Assembly: GCA_028534125.1 (NCBI GenBank)
Contig: CM052839.1
Location: 6,510,001 to 6,574,000 of the forward strand
Direction: 5' to 3'
DNA: 64,000 nucleotides
DNA from: Lama glama
Taxonomy: Eukaryota
In this document: positions 60,001-64,000 of the stretch, piece after piece
Numbering within the stretch: the stretch's first letter is position 1
How the letters are laid out: every line of letters starts with the position of its first letter
Translations under genes and position numbers: made by a program
Notes under the pieces: generated by a model
Database searches by the model: none
What the model was told of the DNA's origin: nothing
What the model saw: the letters and a program-made list of their open reading frames with translations, nothing else

Positions 60001-62763
60001 GATGGTATGTAAAGCCAAGAGACCAGATGAGACCCTTCGAGAAAAGAGTACAGACAGACAATTGGGGCTCAGGACTGAGCCATAGGGACACTTCTTTATT
60101 TAGCTGAAGTCAAGCAGAGGAAGAGGAATCAGCTAAGGAGATCCCGGAGTGGCCATTAAGAACATAAACCAGGGGATGGTGGTGCCTTTGAAGCCAAGAG
60201 AAGAATTTATCTCAAAAGACAGCAGTGGTCAGTTGTGTTAGCTGTAGACGTGAGAGGTTGAGGAGATAAGAGCACACTGGATTTGACAGTGGTCTTACTG
60301 GGACCAAAAGCCCAGCTGGACTGGGTTGAGAGTAGAAGAGGGGTGAAAAAAGGGAGAGGGAGACGAGACACTTATTTCAAGAAATTTGGCCTTAAAGGGA
60401 AGCAGAGGCATAGGGTAGTAATTGGAGGGGCTGTAGGATCAGCTGAGGATTTTGAAGAGATAGTACGTTGTATGCTGGTGGGGATGACGCAGTAGTGAAG
60501 AAAACTCGACGCAGGAGGAGAGGAAGCTGTTGCATAAGTAGAGCAATCGGCCTTACAGAGCCAGGGAGACTCGACCTGCGCAGCAGTGTGGAATGCGGTG
60601 TGGGTAGAGGTGCAAGCTGGTTGTTAGGTTTAGTGAGAAGATGGGGGAAGTCCTGTGGGATCATTTCTGTTTTTAGAAAATAAAAATTGAGGATAGTTAT
60701 CAGCTCTACATGAAGGTGTAGGAGGAGGCTGTGGCAGTTTAAGGAGAGGCTGGAAAGTTTGAAACAGTAATGAAAACTGAGAAAGCCAATCTGATCACCT
60801 GACAATTTAGAGTGCTGGTTTGAGAATTATGGTTGTGACTTGCTGGTGGTACTAGTCAGCCTGGTTGTGTGGCGTTTCCTCCAGCAATGTTTAGCAGTTT
60901 CAATACAGGTGTACAGTTTCCCAGGCAAGCACTTGGAGGGAGAAAGCAGCAAGGGGGTTGGTAATTGCTCAGGTGTGATGGTGGTGAGGGACCTTGGAAT
61001 CGAAGCTGAGTATGGGGCGAAGGGAAAGCATGGCGGCCATGGTAGACCGTGAATGGGAGGCAGTGTCATAGATTGGGGCTCACTGGGATCGAGAAGGCTA
61101 TTGTGGGAGTCCCAGAATAGGTGAGCAGAATGACAGGTCACGGTCAGAGTAAGATGCTCTAAAGTCAGGATTTCAGAGACAATGCCGTTAGTGCAGTGTC
61201 AAGGTCAAGGAAATGACCGTCGGATTGCGATGGCAGAGGGGATGGAGGAGAAGATCATTAGAGGTGAAGAAGGCAGAGAATCCAGGAACAGGGGAACTGG
61301 GGCATCATTCCCGTGGATGTTGATGTCTCCAAGGTGACAAGGATCATGACAGAAAAGACACTGAGCTTGGTTCTAAGATCATCAGTGAAAGGAGGCGGAG
61401 GGGTGGGCTTGACTGTGTGGAGAGGACTCAGTGAGGTAATTTGGGATGAAGACTTAACACAGTGCCAGGCCCTCAGGTGGTGGTGGGAAGGGTGGTTTTT
61501 ATATTAACAAAGAAAGATAAATAATTGCCATTTCCATACTCCTGGTGGGCAGCCCTCTTGGCCCAGGCAGATGAGTCACTTGCTATCTCGTCTGTTACTT
61601 TCTGAAGTTATTATCTTTTTATTTACTTATGTTGCTGTGCCACTTGGTTAGCTTGCTGCTATCTTGGCTCTTTTCATGTAAGAAATAATGGTTATGAAGT
61701 AAATGATGTTCTGGCAATTAAGTCATCAGTGTGATTTCTTCTGTTTCTAGTTATTTTGGACACTTGGAGGGCTGTGGTGCAGACCTGCACAAAGAAATTC
61801 GAGACACTTACTATCAATTTGTTCTGTCTTTGGTCAAAGCAATTAAAGAATTTAGTAGCTTAAATGACAGGTATGGAATAATTTTATAATTTCTAGAGAA
61901 AAAAATTACTTGTTTTTTGATTTTGTTTTTTTCTGATTTTTAAAGAGATACAAGTCCAATGTTAAATATAGAAAAGCACAAAGAGTAAAATAAAAATAAC
62001 CCCCAACCTCACCATCTAGAGCTAATCACTAATGTTAATTTATTAGTATATTTTCTCCATGCCTTGTTTCTATAGGGTGTGTACAGTTCTTTAAAGGGGA
62101 TGTGTCTTAGTTCATCTAAGAATCTGTAACCTGTTATCTTCAGTTTTTGATGTATTATGTGCAGTTTTTAAAACCTGAATATAAAGCCATTCCCCAGTCT
62201 CCTTCATAGTAAGTGGTTTAGACATAAACCTTTAATCAAATGGTTCTTCTCTCCCTCTGAGCTGCGTGACCTGGGCCAGATGGGGCAGGCCCTGATCTTG
62301 CTATTTATCAGAGATGATTTTTACTGCTCAGTCCTTTACCATAAAATGTGCCCCCTGGTGGTCCTGGCAGGGTGGAAACCTTGCCTTACGCTTCCAGAAC
62401 TCTTTTGCTTAAGCTGTCCTTTGAAGAGGGTTTGTATGGAGTCTGAGAAATTTGAAAGGAGATGATAAGGAACCCAAGCCGGCCATCTGGCGTTTCCCTC
62501 GTCCCGCTGACACACACACCAGGTCTCTGGCTCACGTTGTTCCTGTCGTCTCCGTGGGCGACGGGCAGCCTTGGTAACGTTGACCTGCGTGGCCTCTTCA
62601 GGTCCTTGCTGCCTGCCTTGTCCTGTGTCCAGACGGCCCTGCTTCATCTTTTGGATATGGGCTGGGAACCCAGTGATCTCGCCTTCTTTGTTGACATCCA
62701 GTTACCAGATCTCCTCATGAAAATGTCACAGGAAAACATAAGTGTCCATGACAGTGTGATCAG
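8184..62763 (+). CDS. ZZEF1: ZZEF1 (zinc finger ZZ-type and EF-hand domain-containing protein 1), 5' part, coding exons 1-32
   Basis: N-terminus MGNAPSHSSEDEAAAAGGEGWG, EF-hand in exon 2, DOC/APC10 domain in exons 4-6; 32 phase-compatible exons. The ZZ fingers are not reached within the window. Confidence 0.97.
9985..11340 (-). mobile_element. L2 LINE relic, interrupted by an MLT1 LTR
   Basis: Reverse L2 tail cattcagtcactgagcaaatatttattgggcac; internal L2-like text (gttaggaggctact...gtaggagat, tttggtacatgttgagttt). Confidence 0.7.
10340..10772 (-). mobile_element. MLT1-type (ERVL-MaLR) solo LTR
   Basis: Diagnostic 'ttggcccaaactcagtcacgtggccacacttaactgcaagggaggctggg' and 'cagggacctggctccatccatcttg'; TG...CA ends. 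Confidence 0.7.
11402..11901. other. Assembly gap (500 N). Other gaps: 32357-32856, 37333-37486, 52326-52457, 52899-53175, 63785-63884
   Basis: Runs of n. Confidence 1.
11902..11933 (-). mobile_element. 5' terminus of an L1 (YY1-site-containing start of 5'UTR); body hidden in gap
   Basis: Reverse complement reads GGACTTCCGGGCAAGATGGCGGAGTAGAAGGA and then runs into the 500-N gap. Confidence 0.65.
12834..13054 (-). mobile_element. Young 5'-truncated L1 3'UTR fragment with 11-bp TSD
   Basis: Poly-T, reverse AATAAA, L1 3'UTR text (ctgtatagcacagggaaatata on the minus strand); TSD ttgagcttttc at 12823-12833 and 13055-13065. Confidence 0.85.
13400..13565 (-). mobile_element. MIR SINE relic
   Basis: gaagctgaggcttatggaggctaag...gtcacaaagccagttggtgacagagcaggattcaagcc. 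Confidence 0.65.
14108..14252 (+). CDS. ZZEF1: ZZEF1 exon 2 (EF-hand)
   Basis: ttgtag|AFAQFDAEGDGTVDAENMLEALKNSSGANLQGELSHIIRQLQACSLVP|gtaagg; 145 nt. Confidence 0.95.
15211..15306 (-). mobile_element. tRNA-derived SINE (camelid Vic-1-like) with 15-bp TSD
   Basis: Reverse of ...aagctcagtggtagagcatatgcttagcatacacaaggtcctaggttcaatccccagtacctccatt(aac)n; TSD taattRtgtaatttt at 15196-15210 and 15307-15321. Confidence 0.85.
16755..16940 (+). mobile_element. MIR SINE relic
   Basis: cctcattttcctcagctgtaaaacaaggata...gttgtgaggaccgaatgagatgatgtgtgtggaag. Confidence 0.7.
17333..17527 (+). CDS. ZZEF1: ZZEF1 exon 3
   Basis: ccttag|FIDIFSESKEGLGVHSSMILRFLHRNRLSS...LVQKEK|gtacgt; 195 nt. Confidence 0.95.
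17689..17766. repeat. Polypyrimidine (CCT/CCCT) low-complexity tract
   Basis: About 78 nt, almost entirely C/T, shortly downstream of exon 3. Confidence 0.85.
18080..18550 (+). mobile_element. Ancient L1M ORF2 relic
   Basis: ggagtccagaaacagaccca..., aaaataaatttcagatggatt, gaaaagatcaataagttagactgc - typical old L1 ORF2 text. Confidence 0.6.
19084..19255 (+). CDS. ZZEF1: ZZEF1 exon 4 (DOC domain start)
   Basis: ttgcag|SPGDLTRSPEMDKLK...NGETSSYWQSDGSARSHWI|gtgggt; 172 nt. Confidence 0.95.
19278..19450 (-). mobile_element. L1 3'UTR fragment (older)
   Basis: tatagttgatttacagtgttgtgttagtttctggtatatagcatagtgattca. Confidence 0.75.
20413..20612 (+). CDS. ZZEF1: ZZEF1 exon 5 (DOC domain)
   Basis: ttccag|LKMKPDVVLRHLSIAVAATDQSYMPQQVTVAVG...ENANISQL|gtgagt; 200 nt. 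Confidence 0.95.
20968..21042. repeat. Compound microsatellite (TG)n/(CA)n/(TA)n/(CA)n
   Basis: Seen directly. Confidence 0.9.
22063..22273 (+). CDS. ZZEF1: ZZEF1 exon 6
   Basis: tgacag|VQINIKRCLSDGCDTRIHGLRAVG...VLRNT|gtaagt; 211 nt. Confidence 0.95.
23160..24300 (-). mobile_element. Ancient L1M (L1MC/MD-like) 3' relic
   Basis: ggagacactttgagactatgtaaatatcc, gcacttccttactttct...agatattccaggcttatctt, ggaatcagcagccatttttctaaagag. Confidence 0.65.
25669..25785 (+). CDS. ZZEF1: ZZEF1 exon 7
   Basis: ttctag|KALQHMPPLSLSPGSTDFSTFLSPNVLEEVDSFLIRIT|gtaaaa; 117 nt. Confidence 0.93.
26547..26646 (+). mobile_element. tRNA-derived SINE (camelid Vic-1-like)
   Basis: ggggtatagctcagtggtagagcgcatacttagcatgcac...ttcaatccctagtacctccatt + A-rich tail; A/B-box-like; TSD core tatttctgg. 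Confidence 0.88.
26759..26937 (+). CDS. ZZEF1: ZZEF1 exon 8
   Basis: ttatag|CSSTPEVELTLLAFALARGSVAKVL...RQNLLLKY|gtaaat; 179 nt. Confidence 0.94.
28471..28569 (+). CDS. ZZEF1: ZZEF1 exon 9
   Basis: gatcag|KPLQLTLQACDVKGKEEKSGPENLLVEPWTRD|gtgagt; 99 nt. Confidence 0.93.
29857..29948 (+). CDS. ZZEF1: ZZEF1 exon 10
   Basis: ttgtag|FLTETGKTRASTIFSTGTESAFQVTQIRIM|gtaatt; 92 nt. Confidence 0.93.
30329..30477 (+). CDS. ZZEF1: ZZEF1 exon 11
   Basis: ttccag|VRRGGIGAQCGLVFAYNSSSDKFHAEEHFKRFEKYDKWKLQEYRQFVKS|gtaagg; 149 nt. Confidence 0.94.
30810..32130 (-). mobile_element. L2 LINE relic
   Basis: Reverse L2 tail tttattaaacacctactatgttcaaggc; gatcagggaaggcttcctggaggaagtg; ggatttagccacagaggtcattggtga. 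Confidence 0.7.
32260..33110. mobile_element. MER5-like hAT DNA transposon relic split by a young L1 fragment
   Basis: Rejoined halves read attctgattcagcaattctgggtggggcccgagaccttcatttctaacaaactcctgggtgactctgatgct. Confidence 0.65.
32340..33053 (-). mobile_element. Young 5'-truncated L1 3'UTR fragment with 17-bp TSD (contains a 500-N gap)
   Basis: Near-identical to 12834-13054; TSD ccgagaccttcatttct at 32323-32339 and 33054-33070. Confidence 0.85.
33890..34228 (-). mobile_element. L1 3'UTR fragment
   Basis: attgaagtataattgatttataatgtgttagtttctggtgtacagcatagtgattca...ggtaaccataagtttgttttct; flanked by near-repeats ending acacaatatt. Confidence 0.8.
35199..35310 (+). CDS. ZZEF1: ZZEF1 exon 12
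   Basis: ttacag|IGCSSDDLGEDDPIGWFELEEEWDEADVKLQQCRVAK|gtaagc; 112 nt. Confidence 0.94.
36366..36581 (+). CDS. ZZEF1: ZZEF1 exon 13
   Basis: ttccag|YLMVKFLCTRQESAERLGVQGLSISGYLRP...FIQQLAHDL|gtagtg; 216 nt. Confidence 0.93.
36955..37332 (-). mobile_element. L1 3' fragment running into a gap
   Basis: tagttgacttacaatattat...ttagattccacatgtaagtga...tgacttatttcactaagc...tccatccatgtt; minus frame gives the ORF2 C-terminal motif WMDLEAIRLSEISQ. Confidence 0.8.
38161..38261 (+). CDS. ZZEF1: ZZEF1 exon 14
   Basis: ttttag|VQQKESGLKYKSFLDFTGLDLQIFWNFYSKLKQ|gtaagt; 101 nt. Confidence 0.93.
38714..38883 (+). CDS. ZZEF1: ZZEF1 exon 15
   Basis: ctgtag|PREECICAQTLLLQLLQSCFSVLQG...AAKELYTHLCD|gtaagg; 170 nt. 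Confidence 0.94.
39479..39612 (+). CDS. ZZEF1: ZZEF1 exon 16
   Basis: tatcag|VDRVDGDSVPMEILKQEVRNTLLNGAAIFFPDRQTRRNHLFTMM|gtaatt; 134 nt. Confidence 0.94.
40440..41030 (+). mobile_element. Ancient L1M ORF2 (RT region) relic
   Basis: ggatttaccctaggaattcaaggatgatttaat, ggaataagaccaggatgc...cactactctttgatattgta. Confidence 0.65.
41313..42395 (-). mobile_element. ~1.1 kb 5'-truncated L1 with two 3'UTR-like units and 11-bp TSD
   Basis: TSD ggatcaggttt at 41302-41312 and 42396-42406; minus frame gives ORF2 C-terminal motif AALLATAKIWKQPKCPSTDGWIKK. Confidence 0.85.
42445..42655 (+). mobile_element. L1 3' end, sense to ZZEF1, with poly-A tail
   Basis: tatgactgaaacatcatgctgtacaccagaaattgacacattataaaccaactatacttt + A-rich tail. 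Confidence 0.8.
42850..42920 (+). CDS. ZZEF1: ZZEF1 exon 17
   Basis: ttctag|KNVTEQEHKQSLQLTFRSLCTYF|gtaagt; 71 nt, keeps frame between exons 16 and 18. Confidence 0.92.
43116..43256 (+). mobile_element. tRNA-derived SINE (camelid, longer-tail variant)
   Basis: gggtatagcttagtagtaag...ggtcctgggttcagttcccagt...(aaac)n acctaaaattacctcccccc + poly-A; TSD agcYtactcca. Confidence 0.8.
43714..43828 (+). CDS. ZZEF1: ZZEF1 exon 18
   Basis: tttcag|DKDPGGLLLLPEKGDLADMDISEVLMVMGTLLSVAARE|gtaagt; 115 nt. Confidence 0.94.
44325..45830 (-). mobile_element. L2 relic interrupted by an old L1M fragment (~45110-45600)
   Basis: Reverse L2 tail (attcactaaatgctgctgtgtgccgggccctgtgc) and L2-like body; the internal block has L1M 3' text (gaggtaaccatt..., tttctgagattcatc). 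Confidence 0.55.
46028..46187 (+). CDS. ZZEF1: ZZEF1 exon 19
   Basis: ccgtag|CELLMLEGAQGEVGSVLFSLFWSVQGSLLSWCYLQLK...IDLLGK|gtgagt; 160 nt. Confidence 0.94.
47113..47234 (+). CDS. ZZEF1: ZZEF1 exon 20
   Basis: tggtag|VGQFLASLRVILESLLSQYSGKTIVEKLCNSVFSMAARQL|gtaaga; 122 nt. Confidence 0.93.
47341..47463 (+). CDS. ZZEF1: ZZEF1 exon 21
   Basis: ctttag|VIFLVDFCTLDISHCTLLREFSTLTDLLKELCGDPDGGVNK|gtaccc; 123 nt. Confidence 0.92.
48058..48275 (+). mobile_element. L1 ORF2 C-terminal fragment
   Basis: gacccagtgattccactcctgggtatat...atggaagcaacctatgtgtccatcaacagatgaatg...caatggaatactatttagccata. Confidence 0.85.
48541..48707 (+). CDS. ZZEF1: ZZEF1 exon 22
   Basis: gtgtag|LDVETWQQERPVVLHTWTKESAHNYENNCHEVSVFVSPGATYFEVEFDERCETEK|gtatga; 167 nt. 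Confidence 0.94.
48793..48874 (+). CDS. ZZEF1: ZZEF1 exon 23
   Basis: tcacag|YDYLEFTDARGGKTRYDTKVGTDKWPK|gtgagt; 82 nt. Confidence 0.93.
49579..49703 (-). mobile_element. tRNA-derived SINE (camelid) with 14-bp TSD
   Basis: Reverse of ggggagggtatagctcagtgcttagcatgcatgaggtcctgggttcaatccctagtac; TSD aagaccaatttttt at 49565-49578 and 49704-49717. Confidence 0.88.
49799..50000 (+). CDS. ZZEF1: ZZEF1 exon 24
   Basis: ctttag|KVTFKAGPRLQFLFHSDSSNNEWGYKFTVTAYG...CLALKSMH|gtaagt; 202 nt. Confidence 0.94.
50628..50662. repeat. (TTA)n(TCA)n microsatellite
   Basis: Seen directly. Confidence 0.85.
51027..51175 (+). CDS. ZZEF1: ZZEF1 exon 25
   Basis: ttccag|LGSNLAVPQAKMALVLNSPLWKPVFRHQMCPELGLEASWPTHPHQDDKE|gtattt; 149 nt. 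Confidence 0.93.
51560..52810 (+). mobile_element. L2 LINE relic
   Basis: Pyrimidine-rich L2-like body ending gcctagtagatgttcaataaac...aatgaatg. Confidence 0.6.
52847..52898 (+). CDS. ZZEF1: ZZEF1 exon 26, 5' part only (remainder lost in N-gap 52899-53175)
   Basis: tcccag|VKNIPDDPCHQFLLDFA then Ns. Confidence 0.88.
55426..55505 (+). CDS. ZZEF1: ZZEF1 exon 27
   Basis: ccccag|NSGGKTALGEEFAQVYSLADGIRIWM|gtaaga; 80 nt. Confidence 0.92.
56668..56761 (+). CDS. ZZEF1: ZZEF1 exon 28
   Basis: ccgcag|LEMKQKSLVSLGNEAEEQRGSEVAEANPESL|gtgagt; 94 nt. Confidence 0.93.
57501..57969 (+). CDS. ZZEF1: ZZEF1 exon 29 (long, S/P/A-rich linker)
   Basis: atttag|KECIQKSILLLKFLP...RRPPFTRGRLRLLSFRSMEE...KDQSLSHD|gtgagc; 469 nt. 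Confidence 0.95.
58626..58790 (+). CDS. ZZEF1: ZZEF1 exon 30
   Basis: ctccag|VVKVLSLRKAQARSILEVLRIIQGCTESLGQPHCFHPPYILFLLELLTCQKEFT|gtaagt; 165 nt. Confidence 0.94.
59130..61400 (-). mobile_element. Long L2 LINE relic
   Basis: gggaagcccttggagaattttaagc, tttggaggtagaactgtcaggactt, tttggccatgttaagtttga, cttatttcaagaaatttgg - L2 internal text. Confidence 0.7.
61751..61870 (+). CDS. ZZEF1: ZZEF1 exon 31
   Basis: ttctag|YFGHLEGCGADLHKEIRDTYYQFVLSLVKAIKEFSSLND|gtatgg; 120 nt. Confidence 0.93.
62602..62763 (+). CDS. ZZEF1: ZZEF1 exon 32
   Basis: cttcag|SLLPALSCVQTALLHLLDMGWEPSDLAFFVDIQLPDLLMKMSQENISVHDSVI|gtaaga; 162 nt. Confidence 0.94.
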
Positions 62764-62879
62764 GTAAGAACCCCCCTGCCCTCTGCAGCTCCTAAAGGAG
62801 GTCACGAAGCACAGGAGTCATAGCGGAGTGGTTCAGAGCACAGACAGGAGCTGGACTCTGTAACATCCTGGCCTTGCCA

Positions 62880-63035
62880 CATACTAGCCTGATGACCTTG
62901 GGCAGCGTTTTTAACTCCTTTGTGCCTCAATTTCCTAATCTTTAAAGCTGGAGGTAGTAACGGTACTTGCCTCATTGAATTGCTGTGAAGAATAAACAAG
63001 CTGGTTCTCAGTGTCCGGCGCACTGCCTGGGGCAA
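62880..63035 (+). mobile_element. MIR SINE relic
   Basis: tgaccttgggcagcgtttttaactcctttgtgcctcaatttcctaatctttaaa. Confidence 0.7.
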
Positions 63036-64000
63036 GGGCTGTATGGTGGTGGTGCTGGTGTGAACTCAGCGTCAGAATCCTCCTCATTCCTCATTTTTGG
63101 AGACCCTAGTACAGCTTGTTGGAGAATCCTTTTCTGAATTTTTTTGTTACTACGTATATGTGATTTTAGCCACTATAACCTCTTGCATGTTATAAGGACT
63201 TAAGGTACGAGAAAGAAAATCATCTGCATGGTTTTTTTTCCTTTCAACTTCTAATGATGGTCTCCCCACCCTCCTCAAGTCCACTTACATGTTGCCCACT
63301 CAAATCTGTAGAAAAGAAAGAAGAGACTGGGAGAAGAAAAGCAACAGGAGGGAATTAGGAGGAGATAAATGAATGAGTCAGCACCAATTTTCACACTCTC
63401 AGAAGAGATGTTCTGGGCAGAGGAGATAGAATTTAAGCTGTCTCCTTGTTTACCCTGCTGTCACAGGGCGCTCTTGGCAGAGACAGGAGGACTGGTAGGG
63501 GAGGTGTGGGCAGGACACCAGCCTGCTGGCTCTTCAGCTGACAGTCTGCTCCTGGTTTCTAGCTTTGCCGGCACCTCCATGATCCAGTCCTTGGGAGTAG
63601 GGACTGCAGCTTCCCCCACCCACCCCACCCCAAAGCTAACTTTGAGTAGGCCTGAAGTCCACTTGTTGGAAAGCATGACTGAACAAATGTGTTTGTTGGT
63701 CAGTAAATATTTTGCATTTGCTGTCAAGTAAATACTTTTGTATTTAAAATTCTGGTGCTGATACAAACTGTAAACTGAAATTATNNNNNNNNNNNNNNNN
63801 NNNNNNNNNNNNNNNNNNNNNNNNNNNNNNNNNNNNNNNNNNNNNNNNNNNNNNNNNNNNNNNNNNNNNNNNNNNNNNNNNNNNTTTTTTGGGGTTTTGA
63901 AAATCACGTTATTTGGCTCCAGTGCCTGGCACATAGTAGGTTCACCACAAATAGTTGTTGGGTGGAATTCTGCTATGTAGATTCAACCTTTCAAGCTCTA

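Noticed and set aside
8538-62601. U12-type or non-canonical introns in ZZEF1
   Set aside because: All visible introns are GT-AG and none has the RTATCCTT U12 donor.
1-64000. CRISPR array, prophage, operon-like or otherwise novel multi-gene system
   Set aside because: The window is explained by two known mammalian genes, their introns and interspersed repeats; no repeat-spacer array or unexplained coding block was seen.

Overview
Mammalian genomic DNA from a draft assembly with six N-gaps. The tRNA-derived SINE and L1 3'UTR types point to a camelid. Two known genes lie head-to-head on one CpG-island promoter. CYB5D2 (neuferricin, MAPR-family cytochrome-b5-like heme protein) is on the minus strand with its complete 4-exon CDS: 7616-7361, 5937-5797, 2242-2056, 358-142; 801 nt, 266 aa. 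ZZEF1 is on the plus strand with coding exons 1-32 from 8184 to 62763; exon 26 runs into a gap and the gene continues past the window. All visible splice junctions are GT-AG and keep the reading frame. Introns hold ancient L2/MIR/MLT1/MER5 relics plus younger L1 fragments and SINEs with target-site duplications (TSDs). I find no evidence of a novel multi-gene system. The most interesting unannotated signals are: (i) ZZEF1 exon junctions that regenerate their own 5' splice site (exons 22/23 and 8/9), (ii) an intact L1 5' end abutting a gap in intron 1, (iii) two near-identical young L1 3' fragments truncated at almost the same base, (iv) upstream AUGs in the putative CYB5D2 leader, and (v) candidate extra beta-sandwich domains (second DOC-like, CUB-like) in ZZEF1. 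Repeat family names come from motif recognition, not a database search.
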